Assembly (NCBI GenBank): GCA_040386535.1
Contig: JAZKFH010000019.1
Coordinates: 391,376-455,375 of the forward strand
Origin: Myxococcota bacterium
GTDB taxonomy: Bacteria > Myxococcota_A > UBA796 > SXON01
DNA: 64,000 nt
Reading direction: 5' to 3'
Below the pieces are notes generated by a model. The model was not told the origin of the DNA. It saw only the letters and a program-made list of their open reading frames with translations, and did not search any database. The stretch's first letter is position 1; the number at the start of each line of letters is the position of its first letter. A program made the position numbers and the translations under genes. Of the stretch, positions 38,468 through 48,625 are shown one piece after another.

Positions 38468-38925
38468 CGCCGGTGGAGGTGCTCGTGGCCGAGGACGGCA
38501 CCGAGTACACCGAGAACCTCTCGCGCTTCTGCGCCGACGGCTTCACCTTCACGCGCGCGGGGGACGGCGGCGCGGCCCTCTCCCTGCTGGCCGAGCGGCG
38601 CTTCGAGCTCGTGTTCCTCGACATGCGGTTCGACCGGGTCCAGGCGGGCGTGCTCCTCGGCGATGTCGCGGAGACCGCCGAGCGCTTCAACGGGGACCCG
38701 GTGCGCGCGCGTCAGTTCCTCGAGGAGCACCAGGGCGCCTACATCCTGGCGGCCATCCGCGCCGCGGGGCACACGCTGCCGGCGGTGTTCTCCCACGACT
38801 TCGACGGCGAGCCGCGGCGCTGGGCCAACCTGGTGCGCCTGTACGCGCCGGTGGCGTACCTGCCCGACAACGCGGCGCCCTCGGCCATCCGGGAGACCTT
38901 CCTGCGGGCCACGCGGCCCGGCTGA
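38452..38925 (+). CDS. Single-domain response regulator (atypical receiver)
   Basis: VLVAEDG, FELVFLDMRF, AVFSH; canonical Lys not evident (YLPD). Confidence 0.75.
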   Translation: MDGFVAPVEVLVAEDGTEYTENLSRFCADGFTFTRAGDGGAALSLLAERRFELVFLDMRFDRVQAGVLLGDVAETAERFNGDPVRARQFLEEHQGAYILAAIRAAGHTLPAVFSHDFDGEPRRWANLVRLYAPVAYLPDNAAPSAIRETFLRATRPG

Positions 38926-38995
38926 CGGGCCGGGTCTTCTTTTGTTCCGACTTCCCGTGGGGGCCCGAAACGGGCCCTGGAGGGCCCCGGAGCGC

Positions 38996-39721
38996 CTAAT
39001 GCGCCGGCGCGTCGGGGAGCGGGCGGTCGAGCGCGAGCCGCATCAGCATGTACTCGTGCCCGTTCCCGAACTCGTTCTCGAGCGTGGCGACGTGCTCGAA
39101 GCCGAACTTGGTGCGGTAGACCGTGATGGCGCGGCCGTTGGTGGCGGCGACCACGAGCGAGACCGAGCGGTTGCCCGCGGCCTGCAGCTTCTCCAGGATC
39201 CGGTAGAGAAAGCGGGTTCCGAGGCCGTGGCCTCGCCAGCCGGGACGCAGCGCCATGTTGAAGATGACGACCTCACCCGGGTCGTCGAAGCTGCGCATGC
39301 AATGGGTCGCACCGATCACGAGGCCGTCCGCCGTGATGGTGAAGACCCGACCGAAGCGAAGGAACGCGCCGAGGGTGAAACGGGAGAACGTCGGCTCGGA
39401 ATACGTGAGGAGGTCGAGCTCGGTCAGCAGCGCGATCTGCCGCGGATCGTGCTGATCGAGCTCGTGGACCTCGAGGTTGTAGCCCTCGCTGTCGAGCGAG
39501 CGGGTGAGGTGGTAGCGCTCCATCGTCCTCTTCGGGGACGCGGATGGTACCACCGCCACGGCGGCGTCGGCGGTGTCGGCGGTCAAGGCCATGTGAGCAG
39601 GGGCCGCCATGTGTGCAGGAGCCGCCTGTGCCGGCGCTGGTAGTGCGGACCGCGCCTCGCCCTCTTCCTCTGCCGGGTCTGGACAGACGGCGAGGGCGAG
39701 GGTCACGTTCGGGTTCCGCAT
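38996..39721 (-). CDS. GNAT family N-acetyltransferase (RimI-like)
   Basis: NMALRPGWRGHGLG (motif A), NGRAITVYRTKFGF. Start is either ATG 39721 (AGGAG SD) or ATG 39523 (GAGGA SD). Confidence 0.85.
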   Translation of the reverse strand: MRNPNVTLALAVCPDPAEEEGEARSALPAPAQAAPAHMAAPAHMALTADTADAAVAVVPSASPKRTMERYHLTRSLDSEGYNLEVHELDQHDPRQIALLTELDLLTYSEPTFSRFTLGAFLRFGRVFTITADGLVIGATHCMRSFDDPGEVVIFNMALRPGWRGHGLGTRFLYRILEKLQAAGNRSVSLVVAATNGRAITVYRTKFGFEHVATLENEFGNGHEYMLMRLALDRPLPDAPAH

Positions 39722-39880
39722 CTTCACTCCTGACGCGCGGGATGCGTAGCCAGTTCGCGCCGATTGCGCCCCTGGCCATGGTTCTCGGCAGGCTGCCGTT
39801 TGCTGGAGGGTTTGGACAACCCGCCCTGCGAAACGGGTAGGCACGGCTGCAGCGTTGGCAACCGGTTAGGCCGAGGACCC

Positions 39881-41218
<1,338 letters not shown>

Positions 41219-41237
41219 GCCCTTCAGCACCGACGAA

Positions 41238-42299
41238 TCAGCCCGCGAGCCCCGTCCCGATCCGCTCGCGCGTGCGCCCGATCCGGTCGACCCACGCCGG
41301 ATTGTCGAGGTACCAGCGAACCGTTTGCTCCAGGCCCGCTTCTAGCGCCACGTCGGGGGCCCAGCCGAGCGCCCGGATGCGGGTCGAGTCGACCGCGTAG
41401 CGACGATCGTGCCCCGGGCGATCCGCCACGAAGCGGATGCGCGCGCGGCTCGTGTCGCAGGTCGGGACGAGGCGGTCGATCGTGGCGCGGATGGCGTGCA
41501 CCATCTCCAGGTTGGTGCGCTCCGTACCGCCGCCGATGGGGTACACCGCGCCGGGGGTGCCCTCGGCGAGGACACATTGGATCGCGCGCACGTGATCCGA
41601 CACGTGGAGCCAGTCCCGCACGTTGCCACCGTCTCCGTACACGGGGAGGGGAACGCCCTCCAGCAGGTTCAGGATCAGCAGGGGGACGAGCTTCTCGGGA
41701 TATTGGGCGGGGCCGTAGGTGTTGGATCCGTGGGTGGTGAGGACCGGCAGCCCGTAGGTGTGATGGAACGCGCGGACGAAGTGGTCCGCGGCGGCCTTGG
41801 AGGCGGCGTAGGGCGAATTGGGCGCGTACGGCGAGCGCTCGTCGAAGGCGCCGTCCGCGATGGAGCCGAACACCTCGTCGGTGGAAACGGAGAGGAGGCG
41901 AAACCTGCTACGTGAATCCGGATCCAACGCCTGCCAATAGCCCAGCGTGGCGGTCAGGAGCTCGACGGTACCGAGGACGTTCGTCGCCGCGAACGCGGCG
42001 GGGGCGTCGATCGACCGGTCGACGTGGCTCTCGGCGGCGAAGTGCACGACCGCGCGCGGGCGGTGGGCGTCGAGCAGCTCGCGCACGAGCCGGCGGTCGC
42101 CGATGTCGCCTTGCACGAAGGTATGTCGCGGGTGCGCGAGCGCGGCGGGGATGGAGTCCAGGTTGCCGGCGTACGTGAGCAGGTCGAGGTTCACGACGCG
42201 GAGCCCGGTGTCGGCCAGGATCCGCTCGACGAACCGCCCGCCGATGAAGCCGGCGCCCCCGGTGACCAGGAGGGTGTCCGTGCTCGCGGGGGTGTACAT
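41238..42299 (-). CDS. rfbB: dTDP-glucose 4,6-dehydratase
   Basis: VTGGAGFIG, LTYAGN, HFAAESHVDRSI, STDEVFG, PYAASKA, RDWLHV, DRPGHDRRY. Confidence 0.95.
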   Translation of the reverse strand: MYTPASTDTLLVTGGAGFIGGRFVERILADTGLRVVNLDLLTYAGNLDSIPAALAHPRHTFVQGDIGDRRLVRELLDAHRPRAVVHFAAESHVDRSIDAPAAFAATNVLGTVELLTATLGYWQALDPDSRSRFRLLSVSTDEVFGSIADGAFDERSPYAPNSPYAASKAAADHFVRAFHHTYGLPVLTTHGSNTYGPAQYPEKLVPLLILNLLEGVPLPVYGDGGNVRDWLHVSDHVRAIQCVLAEGTPGAVYPIGGGTERTNLEMVHAIRATIDRLVPTCDTSRARIRFVADRPGHDRRYAVDSTRIRALGWAPDVALEAGLEQTVRWYLDNPAWVDRIGRTRERIGTGLAG

Positions 42300-42357
42300 G
42301 GGCGGACCTTACCCGTGGGTGCCCCGGCGGGCAATCACGGCGGCGGTGAGCGGCGCG

Positions 42358-43686
42358 TCAGAGCCGCCGCCGCGGGGAACGGCCCGTCATCGCGGTGTAC
42401 GCGTGGTAGCCCACCCAGCGCATCGGATCCGGCGGGATCCACAGCAGGCGCTGCTGGTAGAAGGGGAGGTCCCGCCACCGCGCGTCGTCCCCGCTGTAGA
42501 TGTCGGTGAGCACGCGCCCCGCGAGGTTCGCCAGGGTGACCCCGTGGCCGCTGTAACCCAACGCAAAGTAGACGTTCCGGTGCTCGCCACGCACGCCCAT
42601 CGTGCACACCCGTGACAGCGTGACGGCTACGGGGCCGGTCCATCGGGAGGCCACCTTCACCTCCGCCGCGCCGGGCAGGTAGCGGCGAAACCGCGCCTCG
42701 ACAGCGGCGAACCCGGTGTCGGCCGGGCCCCTCCACGTGGTGCTCCCCCCGTATTGGTAGCCGTACGACGCGTTGCTCCCGCCCCCGAACGTGAGCCGCC
42801 CAGTGCGAGTCAAGCTCGCGTAGGCGATGCGGTCGAGATCGTCGGAGAAGCCCGCGACGCCCCGCCAGCCGAGGGCCTCCCACCGCTCGGCGGAGAGCGG
42901 CTCGGTGGCGATGACGTGGGAGTGGAGGGGGAGGATCCCCGCCTTGAAGTACCCGAGTTTCGGGGTGTAGGCGTTGGTGCCGAGCACGATGGCGCCCGCG
43001 CGCACCTCTCCGCCGGGGGTGGCGAGCACACACGTGGCGCCCTCCCGCACCGACAACACCGGCGTGTCCTCGTAGATCGTGACCCCCAACTCCTCCAGCA
43101 CCGGCCGGAGCGCGCGCAGGTAGGCCACGCCGTCGAGCTGGCCGGCGTGGGGATCGAACAGCGCGCCGGCCGCGCCCTCGACTCGCAAGGTGGCGGCGAG
43201 CTCGGCGCTGTCGAGGAACCGGATGGGCACCCCGGCGCCCTGCAGCCACTCGGCCACCTTGGCGGCGGCGGCGGCCCGCGCGGGGTCGGTGAAGACCTCG
43301 AGGCACCCGTCGCGGCGGAACCCGACCGCGAGCGAATGCCGCGAGATGGTCTCCTCGATCAGATCGATCCCGCCCCGAGTCACCTCGTAGATGCGGCGGG
43401 CGCGCTCCGGATCGTCCAGCTCGATCCCGTTGATCCAGTTGAGCACCATCCCGCCGTTCCGGCCGCTCGCGCCGTTGGCGAGCTGCTTCGCCTCCAGAAG
43501 CGCGATGCGACGCTCCGGGAAGCGGCGAGCGAGGTGAAGCGCGGTGGACACCCCCGTAAAACCGCCGCCGATGATGGCGATGTCGACCTCGATGACGCTG
43601 GCCAACGCGGGCGCGGGGCGGTACGGAGGTTTGTCGTCGGCCCAGACCGACCGGTTTTCATCAATGTCCACCCTGAACGCGCCCAA
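42358..43686 (-). CDS. FAD-dependent amine oxidoreductase (PuuB/DadA family)
   Basis: IIGGGFTG, GASGRNGG, LGTNAY, GYSGHGV; start TTG 43686 or GTG 43671. Confidence 0.85.
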   Translation of the reverse strand: MGAFRVDIDENRSVWADDKPPYRPAPALASVIEVDIAIIGGGFTGVSTALHLARRFPERRIALLEAKQLANGASGRNGGMVLNWINGIELDDPERARRIYEVTRGGIDLIEETISRHSLAVGFRRDGCLEVFTDPARAAAAAKVAEWLQGAGVPIRFLDSAELAATLRVEGAAGALFDPHAGQLDGVAYLRALRPVLEELGVTIYEDTPVLSVREGATCVLATPGGEVRAGAIVLGTNAYTPKLGYFKAGILPLHSHVIATEPLSAERWEALGWRGVAGFSDDLDRIAYASLTRTGRLTFGGGSNASYGYQYGGSTTWRGPADTGFAAVEARFRRYLPGAAEVKVASRWTGPVAVTLSRVCTMGVRGEHRNVYFALGYSGHGVTLANLAGRVLTDIYSGDDARWRDLPFYQQRLLWIPPDPMRWVGYHAYTAMTGRSPRRRL

Positions 43687-43797
43687 AGCCCGCCCCCGCC
43701 CATCGCCTTACCACCTACACCCCCGCTCCGGCAAGCGCCGGGTTCTACGCCGGAAGGCAGTCGGAAAGGCACTTTGAGCACACGGGTCCGCCTCTGC

Positions 43798-44949
43798 ATG
43801 AAGGATCTGTTCCACCAGGACGTGGTGGAGATGATCGAGCGGGAGACCCGGAAGTACCAGATCTGGGAGGTCACCACTCCGGAGGATCCGGACTTCGCCC
43901 GGGCCTTTGCCCTGTTGTGGAGCGCGTTCGGCTCCCAGGGCGAGATGGAGCGCGAGGAGGTCATCCGCAGCTTCCTGCTGGACGATCCGTACGAGCCCAC
44001 TCGGGACGGAACGTACATCCTCTACTTTCTGTTGGTCGCGCGCGACGAGCATGGAAACCTCCGCGGGGTGCGGGACGGCTCCGTCCTGGTGAACCCGGCG
44101 TACGCCGCCGATCTCTGTGTTGTGTACCTCTCGCACATCTACATGTTGCCCGAGGCGCGCGGGTCGGTGTTGTCGTATTGGTTGCGCATCGCGCCGGTCG
44201 AGCTCGCCATGCGGTACCTCGCGGAGCTGCACGCCCGCGAGAAGATCGTGCTCCCGCTCCCCGAGCAGCCGGGGAAGTACTTCGGGATGCGCGTCGACCT
44301 GACCGCCGAGATGGAGTACTTCGCGCCCGAGGATCGCATCTCCTGGCAGCGGATCCTGTTCTACGGGCGCGGCGGGTTCGACGCGATCAACCCTCAACAC
44401 TTCCCGTACCGCCAGCCCGACTTCCGCGAGCCCGAGGTCATCCGCCAGACCGGCAACAACCCCATGCCGTTCATGGTGCTCGTGCGGCGCATGGGGCGGG
44501 AGCGCCAGGCCACGTTGCCCATCGACGAGGCGCGCGCGGTCATGAACCTGCTGTATGACGACTTCGAGAGCCACTGCGCCCCGGAGTTCCTGGAGAACAG
44601 CCTCGATCTCGTGCTCGACCGGCTCGAGGCACGCGCCAAGCGAAAGGACTTCGTCGAGCTGTTCCCCCTGCCGACCGGCCCGAAGGATCTGCACCGGCTC
44701 AAGCGCCTGTGGCGCTACAACGCCTACACCCGCTACTACCCGAACGACGAGGCCACGCGGCAGTACCTCGAGAGCGGCATCCGCGAGCAGCTCGCGCAGG
44801 AGCCGAAGTGGCTCGTCCTCCAGCTCGCGCGGATCGCCGCCGAGCTGGAGACCCGCCCGGCGCACGTGTACGGCAACCGCGACAAGGACTTCACGTGGGA
44901 GGGGCTGCCCATCGTCCGGCGAAGCCGAACGTCGGCTACCCCTCGATGA
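43798..44949 (+). CDS. GNAT-like protein (paralogue of the N-terminal domain of 46243..48618)
   Basis: ATG 43798; VVYLSHIYMLPEARG (motif A-like), AEMEY, RILFYGRGGF, PYRQPDFR. Confidence 0.75.
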   Translation: MKDLFHQDVVEMIERETRKYQIWEVTTPEDPDFARAFALLWSAFGSQGEMEREEVIRSFLLDDPYEPTRDGTYILYFLLVARDEHGNLRGVRDGSVLVNPAYAADLCVVYLSHIYMLPEARGSVLSYWLRIAPVELAMRYLAELHAREKIVLPLPEQPGKYFGMRVDLTAEMEYFAPEDRISWQRILFYGRGGFDAINPQHFPYRQPDFREPEVIRQTGNNPMPFMVLVRRMGRERQATLPIDEARAVMNLLYDDFESHCAPEFLENSLDLVLDRLEARAKRKDFVELFPLPTGPKDLHRLKRLWRYNAYTRYYPNDEATRQYLESGIREQLAQEPKWLVLQLARIAAELETRPAHVYGNRDKDFTWEGLPIVRRSRTSATPR

Positions 44950-45265
44950 CCGTGCCGCCAGTGCAGTTGGCCGTCACCGTCTCCAGCGTCTCCGGCGCGT
45001 AGTACCAATCGATGACCTCCCCCGTCGTGCCGGCGGCGGTGATGTCGCACCCGGCCACGATGCCCTCGGTGGGGCAGCCGCCCTCGACCGGGATGGCGCC
45101 GATGCCCTCACACGTCACGTCGAAGCCGGTGGCCTGCACCCCGGTGCGCTCCTGGCAGCGCGGCTCGGGATCGTTCGAGCTGCCCTCGCGAAAGTCACAG
45201 CCGATCGCGGAGTCGAACGCGCCGCAGCCGGCGAGGAGGGGGAGCACGAAGAGGAGGGGACGCAT
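44936..45265 (-). CDS. Small Cys-rich lipoprotein
   Basis: MRPLLFVLPLLAGC lipobox; six further Cys in about 95 aa. Confidence 0.7.
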   Translation of the reverse strand: MRPLLFVLPLLAGCGAFDSAIGCDFREGSSNDPEPRCQERTGVQATGFDVTCEGIGAIPVEGGCPTEGIVAGCDITAAGTTGEVIDWYYAPETLETVTANCTGGTVIEG

Positions 45266-45307
45266 GACACACCCGGGGAGGAGCGCCAACGTACCCCCGA
45301 CCCGACG

Positions 45308-46246
45308 CTACCGGAAGACCTGAAGCGCGGCGCGCGCCGTGTTCACGTGCACCTCGACCACCTTGCTCGTGTCCTTGGTGTAGCCGCCGGCGAGCACCCA
45401 CATCACGGGGATGCCGCGGCGCCGCGCGGTCTCGAACACGTAGGTGTCACGGGCGCGGAGCGCGTCGTGGTCGAGATCGAGGGGGGAGTAGGGGTCCTCC
45501 TTGTAGGGGTCGGCGCCGGCCTGGTAAAGGATCACGTCCGGCCGCGCGCGGTCGATCGCCGCGCCGAGGCGCGCTTCGAGGATGCCGAGGTACTCCTCGC
45601 GCCCGGCGCCGTTGGGGACCGCGACCGACCACGCGTTCTTGGTGTCGGGCGTGCTCTCGGCCTCGACGTTGCGGTAGGCGAGGTTCGCCTTGTACCAATT
45701 CCCGTAGATGGAGAGCTGGAACATGGACGGGCGGGTGGCGAGGAGCGCGGCGGTGCCGTTGCCGTAGTGCAGATCCATGTCGACCACGAGGGAGCGGCTG
45801 ATCCGACCGTCGGCCCGGGCGCGCTCGGCGGCGACCACGAGGCCGTTGAACGTGCAGTATCCCTGGCCATGATCCGCGTGGCTGTGGTGGAAGCCGCTCG
45901 CGAGGTTGCCCGCCACGCCGTCCTCCAGCGCGGCGAACAGCGCGGCGATGCAACCGCCGTTGGTCCACCGCACGGCCTCCGCGAGCTGCGGCGACCACGG
46001 GAACTTCTGCGACTGCGCGAGGGCCAACGGCTCCCCGGTGGCGATGGCACGGAGGTACTCCGGCGTGTGGACCCGCAACAGGTCGACATCCGCGACGGGC
46101 GCGGGCTCGATGATGTCGATGGGGAGGCCCTCCGCCTCGATTGCGCGCCGCACCATGCCGAACTTGCGCATGGGCATCACGTGGTCGCCGATGTCCGCCT
46201 CGTACCGCGGCGAGTGGTAGACCCGGATGCGCCGCCGCCCCGTCAC
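45308..46246 (-). CDS. Histone-deacetylase-family (Zn-dependent) amidohydrolase
   Basis: GFHHS...GYCTFN, DMDLHYGNGT, YQAGADP..EDP, AGGY. Confidence 0.92.
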   Translation of the reverse strand: MTGRRRIRVYHSPRYEADIGDHVMPMRKFGMVRRAIEAEGLPIDIIEPAPVADVDLLRVHTPEYLRAIATGEPLALAQSQKFPWSPQLAEAVRWTNGGCIAALFAALEDGVAGNLASGFHHSHADHGQGYCTFNGLVVAAERARADGRISRSLVVDMDLHYGNGTAALLATRPSMFQLSIYGNWYKANLAYRNVEAESTPDTKNAWSVAVPNGAGREEYLGILEARLGAAIDRARPDVILYQAGADPYKEDPYSPLDLDHDALRARDTYVFETARRRGIPVMWVLAGGYTKDTSKVVEVHVNTARAALQVFR

Positions 46247-48618
46247 GCGAGCTCCGCGGCCACCGCGGCCATCTGGGCAATCGCCTCGTCCACGTGGCCC
46301 TCGGTCAGGGTGAGCGCCGGGCGGAACCGGATCGAGCGCTCGCCCGAGCCACCCATCTCCACGCCGCGTTGGCGCATGCGGTCGATGAAGCGGTCACGCG
46401 TGGCGACGTCCCGCACGTCGATGGCGGCGAACGTGCCGGCCGCGCGGGCCTGCGAGAGCACGTCCGGGAACCGCTCCTGGAGCGCCTCGAGCTGGGCGAG
46501 GAGGTGGGCGCCGGTGGCGCGCACGCGCTCCAACAGGCCGTCGCGATCCATGACCTCGCACACGACCTCGAGCTGCGCGGCCCGGAGCGGATCGCCGAGC
46601 CACGTGTTGAAGATGCGGTAGGCTTCCGCGGGCGCGAACGCCTCCCGCAGGTAGAAGCCGCCCACCTGCATCTTCTTGGAGAAGGTGACCATGTCGGGCG
46701 GCTCTTCGAGCTCCCACGCGTCGTGCGCCCAGAAGGTGCCGGTGGCGCCGCCGCCGGTCTGCACCTCGTCCACGATGAAGGCGGCGCCGTAGCGCGAGCA
46801 CAGGGTGCGCAGGGCGCGGAAGAACGCCGGGCTGGCGTGGCGGTCGCCACCCTCGCCCTGGATCGGCTCTACGATCACGGCGGCCACGTCGCCCACGGCG
46901 AGCAGATCGTTCACGACCGTGAGGGAGCGGGCCTCGGCGGCGCGGTTGGCGTCCTCGAAGTCGACCAGGGGGTAGTGGTTGGCCGGGAACGGCGCCACGG
47001 GCCACTCGAACGCGGGGATGTCGAGCTTGTGGATGGGCTTGCTGCGCGTGGCGGAGAGCGCGCCGAGGCTCCGCCCGTGGAAGCCCCCCTCGAAGGAGAG
47101 CACCTTGAGCGTGTTGATGCCGGGCTGATCGTTGCGCATGCACGCCGCGATCGCCTCGGGCGTGAGCGGCTCGCCGCCGCGCTTGACCTTGGCAAAGGCG
47201 ATGAACGCGGCCTTCATCGCGTTCTCGACCGCCTCGGAGCCGGTGGTGACCGTGACCACGCGGTCCATCCCCTTGGGCGCCACGCGCATCAGCGTGCCCT
47301 CGACGAGCCCGACCCACTCGGCCGGCGGCGCGATGCCGAGCGCGGGCCGGTACCCGGCGCACCAGTCGAACCGCCCGCCCTTCCAGGCGCCGACGAGATC
47401 AGGGTGGTTGTAGCCGAGCGGCAGGGCGGCGATGTGGCCGTACAGGTCGAGCAGCACGTTGCCGTCAACGTCGACGAGGTAGTTGCCGCGGCTCCCCAGC
47501 GCGTCCTGGTAGACGTGGACCGTGCGCGCGTCCTGGTACCGCTGGTGCCGGGCGCGCAGGGCCTCGGACTTGGGACCGGGGACGGGGGTGACGACGTGGG
47601 CGGCTTCGGGCTCGCCGGGGATGCGGATCATGGGGGCTCCATCGGGCGAGGTGGCGGGCCAGGTGGCGCGCAGGGCCGCGCGCTCCCGGGCGGGGGTATC
47701 GGGCGTATACGGTAAACACCAGCTGGGCGGGTAGAGCGGCACGACGACGCTCTGGAGCAACGGAAACAACGCCGGAATGTCGTCGCGCCGGGGCTTCAGG
47801 AGCCCGATCGGGCGATCACCCCACCGCGCGAGGGCGCCGAGCGCGTGGAGCCGGATGGGCTCGATGTCGTCGGGCCGGCAATGGCACCGGTGCACCGACT
47901 GGAGGTGCTCCACCATCGCCGCCGCGCGCGCGGTCGAGATCGTGTCGAGCTGCTCCTCTCCGACCTGTCGCACGAGCAGGACGAAGGGCAGGGGGAGCAG
48001 GTCCGCGGCGGGCACGTCGCGGAAGTCGGGCTGGGCGTAGGGCAGCGCGGCGGGGGGGAGGACGCCGAAGCCCGCCTTCCCGTATGCGAGCAGGCGGATG
48101 AGGGAGATCCGCTCGCGGGGGGCAACGAGCTCCATCTCGGCGACAAGCAGGACCTCGCCCCCTTCGGCCCCCTCACCCGCGATGCCGGCGTCGGCGAGCG
48201 CTGCCCGCGCGAGGGCCACCGGTGCGGTTCGCAGCAGCGCGGCGAGCCCCGTGCGCCGATACGGCGGCAACACGACGCTGTGGGAGAGCAGGACTACGGC
48301 GCGTCGTGTCGCGGGGTTGACCGTGACGAAGCAGTCGCGCACGCCGGCCAAGGCGCCGTCCGCGTCGTGGGCGAGGAGCAGGTGGTAGTGGGCGCGGATG
48401 GGCACGCCGTCTGGCGAGAGGGATCCCGCCCGGAACCACGCGCGCAAGGTCTCGGGGCGCTCGATCTCGCCGGTGGGCGCGAAGGTGTCGGAGAGCACGG
48501 CGTGGCCCTGCTCGAAGTCCGCGTCCGACCTGGCCGGCCCGAGCGAGAAGCGCGCGGCGGCGGCGGCGGCCTTGTCGGCGCCTTCACCCGCGTAGAGGTC
48601 GTGGAGCAGCGGCGCCAT
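46243..48618 (-). CDS. Fusion: GNAT-like domain plus eukaryote-type 4-aminobutyrate aminotransferase (class III PLP)
   Basis: First ~330 aa GNAT-like (LSHSVVLPPYRRTG, AEME, PYAQPDFR); then SRGNYLVDVDGN, FHGRS, HKLDIPAFEWP, EPIQGEGGD, DEVQTG, TFSKKMQ, RIFNTWLGDP. Confidence 0.88.
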   Translation of the reverse strand: MAPLLHDLYAGEGADKAAAAAARFSLGPARSDADFEQGHAVLSDTFAPTGEIERPETLRAWFRAGSLSPDGVPIRAHYHLLLAHDADGALAGVRDCFVTVNPATRRAVVLLSHSVVLPPYRRTGLAALLRTAPVALARAALADAGIAGEGAEGGEVLLVAEMELVAPRERISLIRLLAYGKAGFGVLPPAALPYAQPDFRDVPAADLLPLPFVLLVRQVGEEQLDTISTARAAAMVEHLQSVHRCHCRPDDIEPIRLHALGALARWGDRPIGLLKPRRDDIPALFPLLQSVVVPLYPPSWCLPYTPDTPARERAALRATWPATSPDGAPMIRIPGEPEAAHVVTPVPGPKSEALRARHQRYQDARTVHVYQDALGSRGNYLVDVDGNVLLDLYGHIAALPLGYNHPDLVGAWKGGRFDWCAGYRPALGIAPPAEWVGLVEGTLMRVAPKGMDRVVTVTTGSEAVENAMKAAFIAFAKVKRGGEPLTPEAIAACMRNDQPGINTLKVLSFEGGFHGRSLGALSATRSKPIHKLDIPAFEWPVAPFPANHYPLVDFEDANRAAEARSLTVVNDLLAVGDVAAVIVEPIQGEGGDRHASPAFFRALRTLCSRYGAAFIVDEVQTGGGATGTFWAHDAWELEEPPDMVTFSKKMQVGGFYLREAFAPAEAYRIFNTWLGDPLRAAQLEVVCEVMDRDGLLERVRATGAHLLAQLEALQERFPDVLSQARAAGTFAAIDVRDVATRDRFIDRMRQRGVEMGGSGERSIRFRPALTLTEGHVDEAIAQMAAVAAELA

Positions 48619-48625
48619 CGAGCGC

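Noticed and set aside
39839..39853. Sigma-54 promoter upstream of pepP (AGGCACGGCTGCAGC)
   Set aside because: GG-N10-GC spacing fits, but the TTGC -12 box and the leading T are missing; likely by chance at this GC content.
41238..42299. O-antigen/rhamnose biosynthesis cluster
   Set aside because: rfbB stands alone; no rfbA/C/D or glycosyltransferase genes are adjacent.
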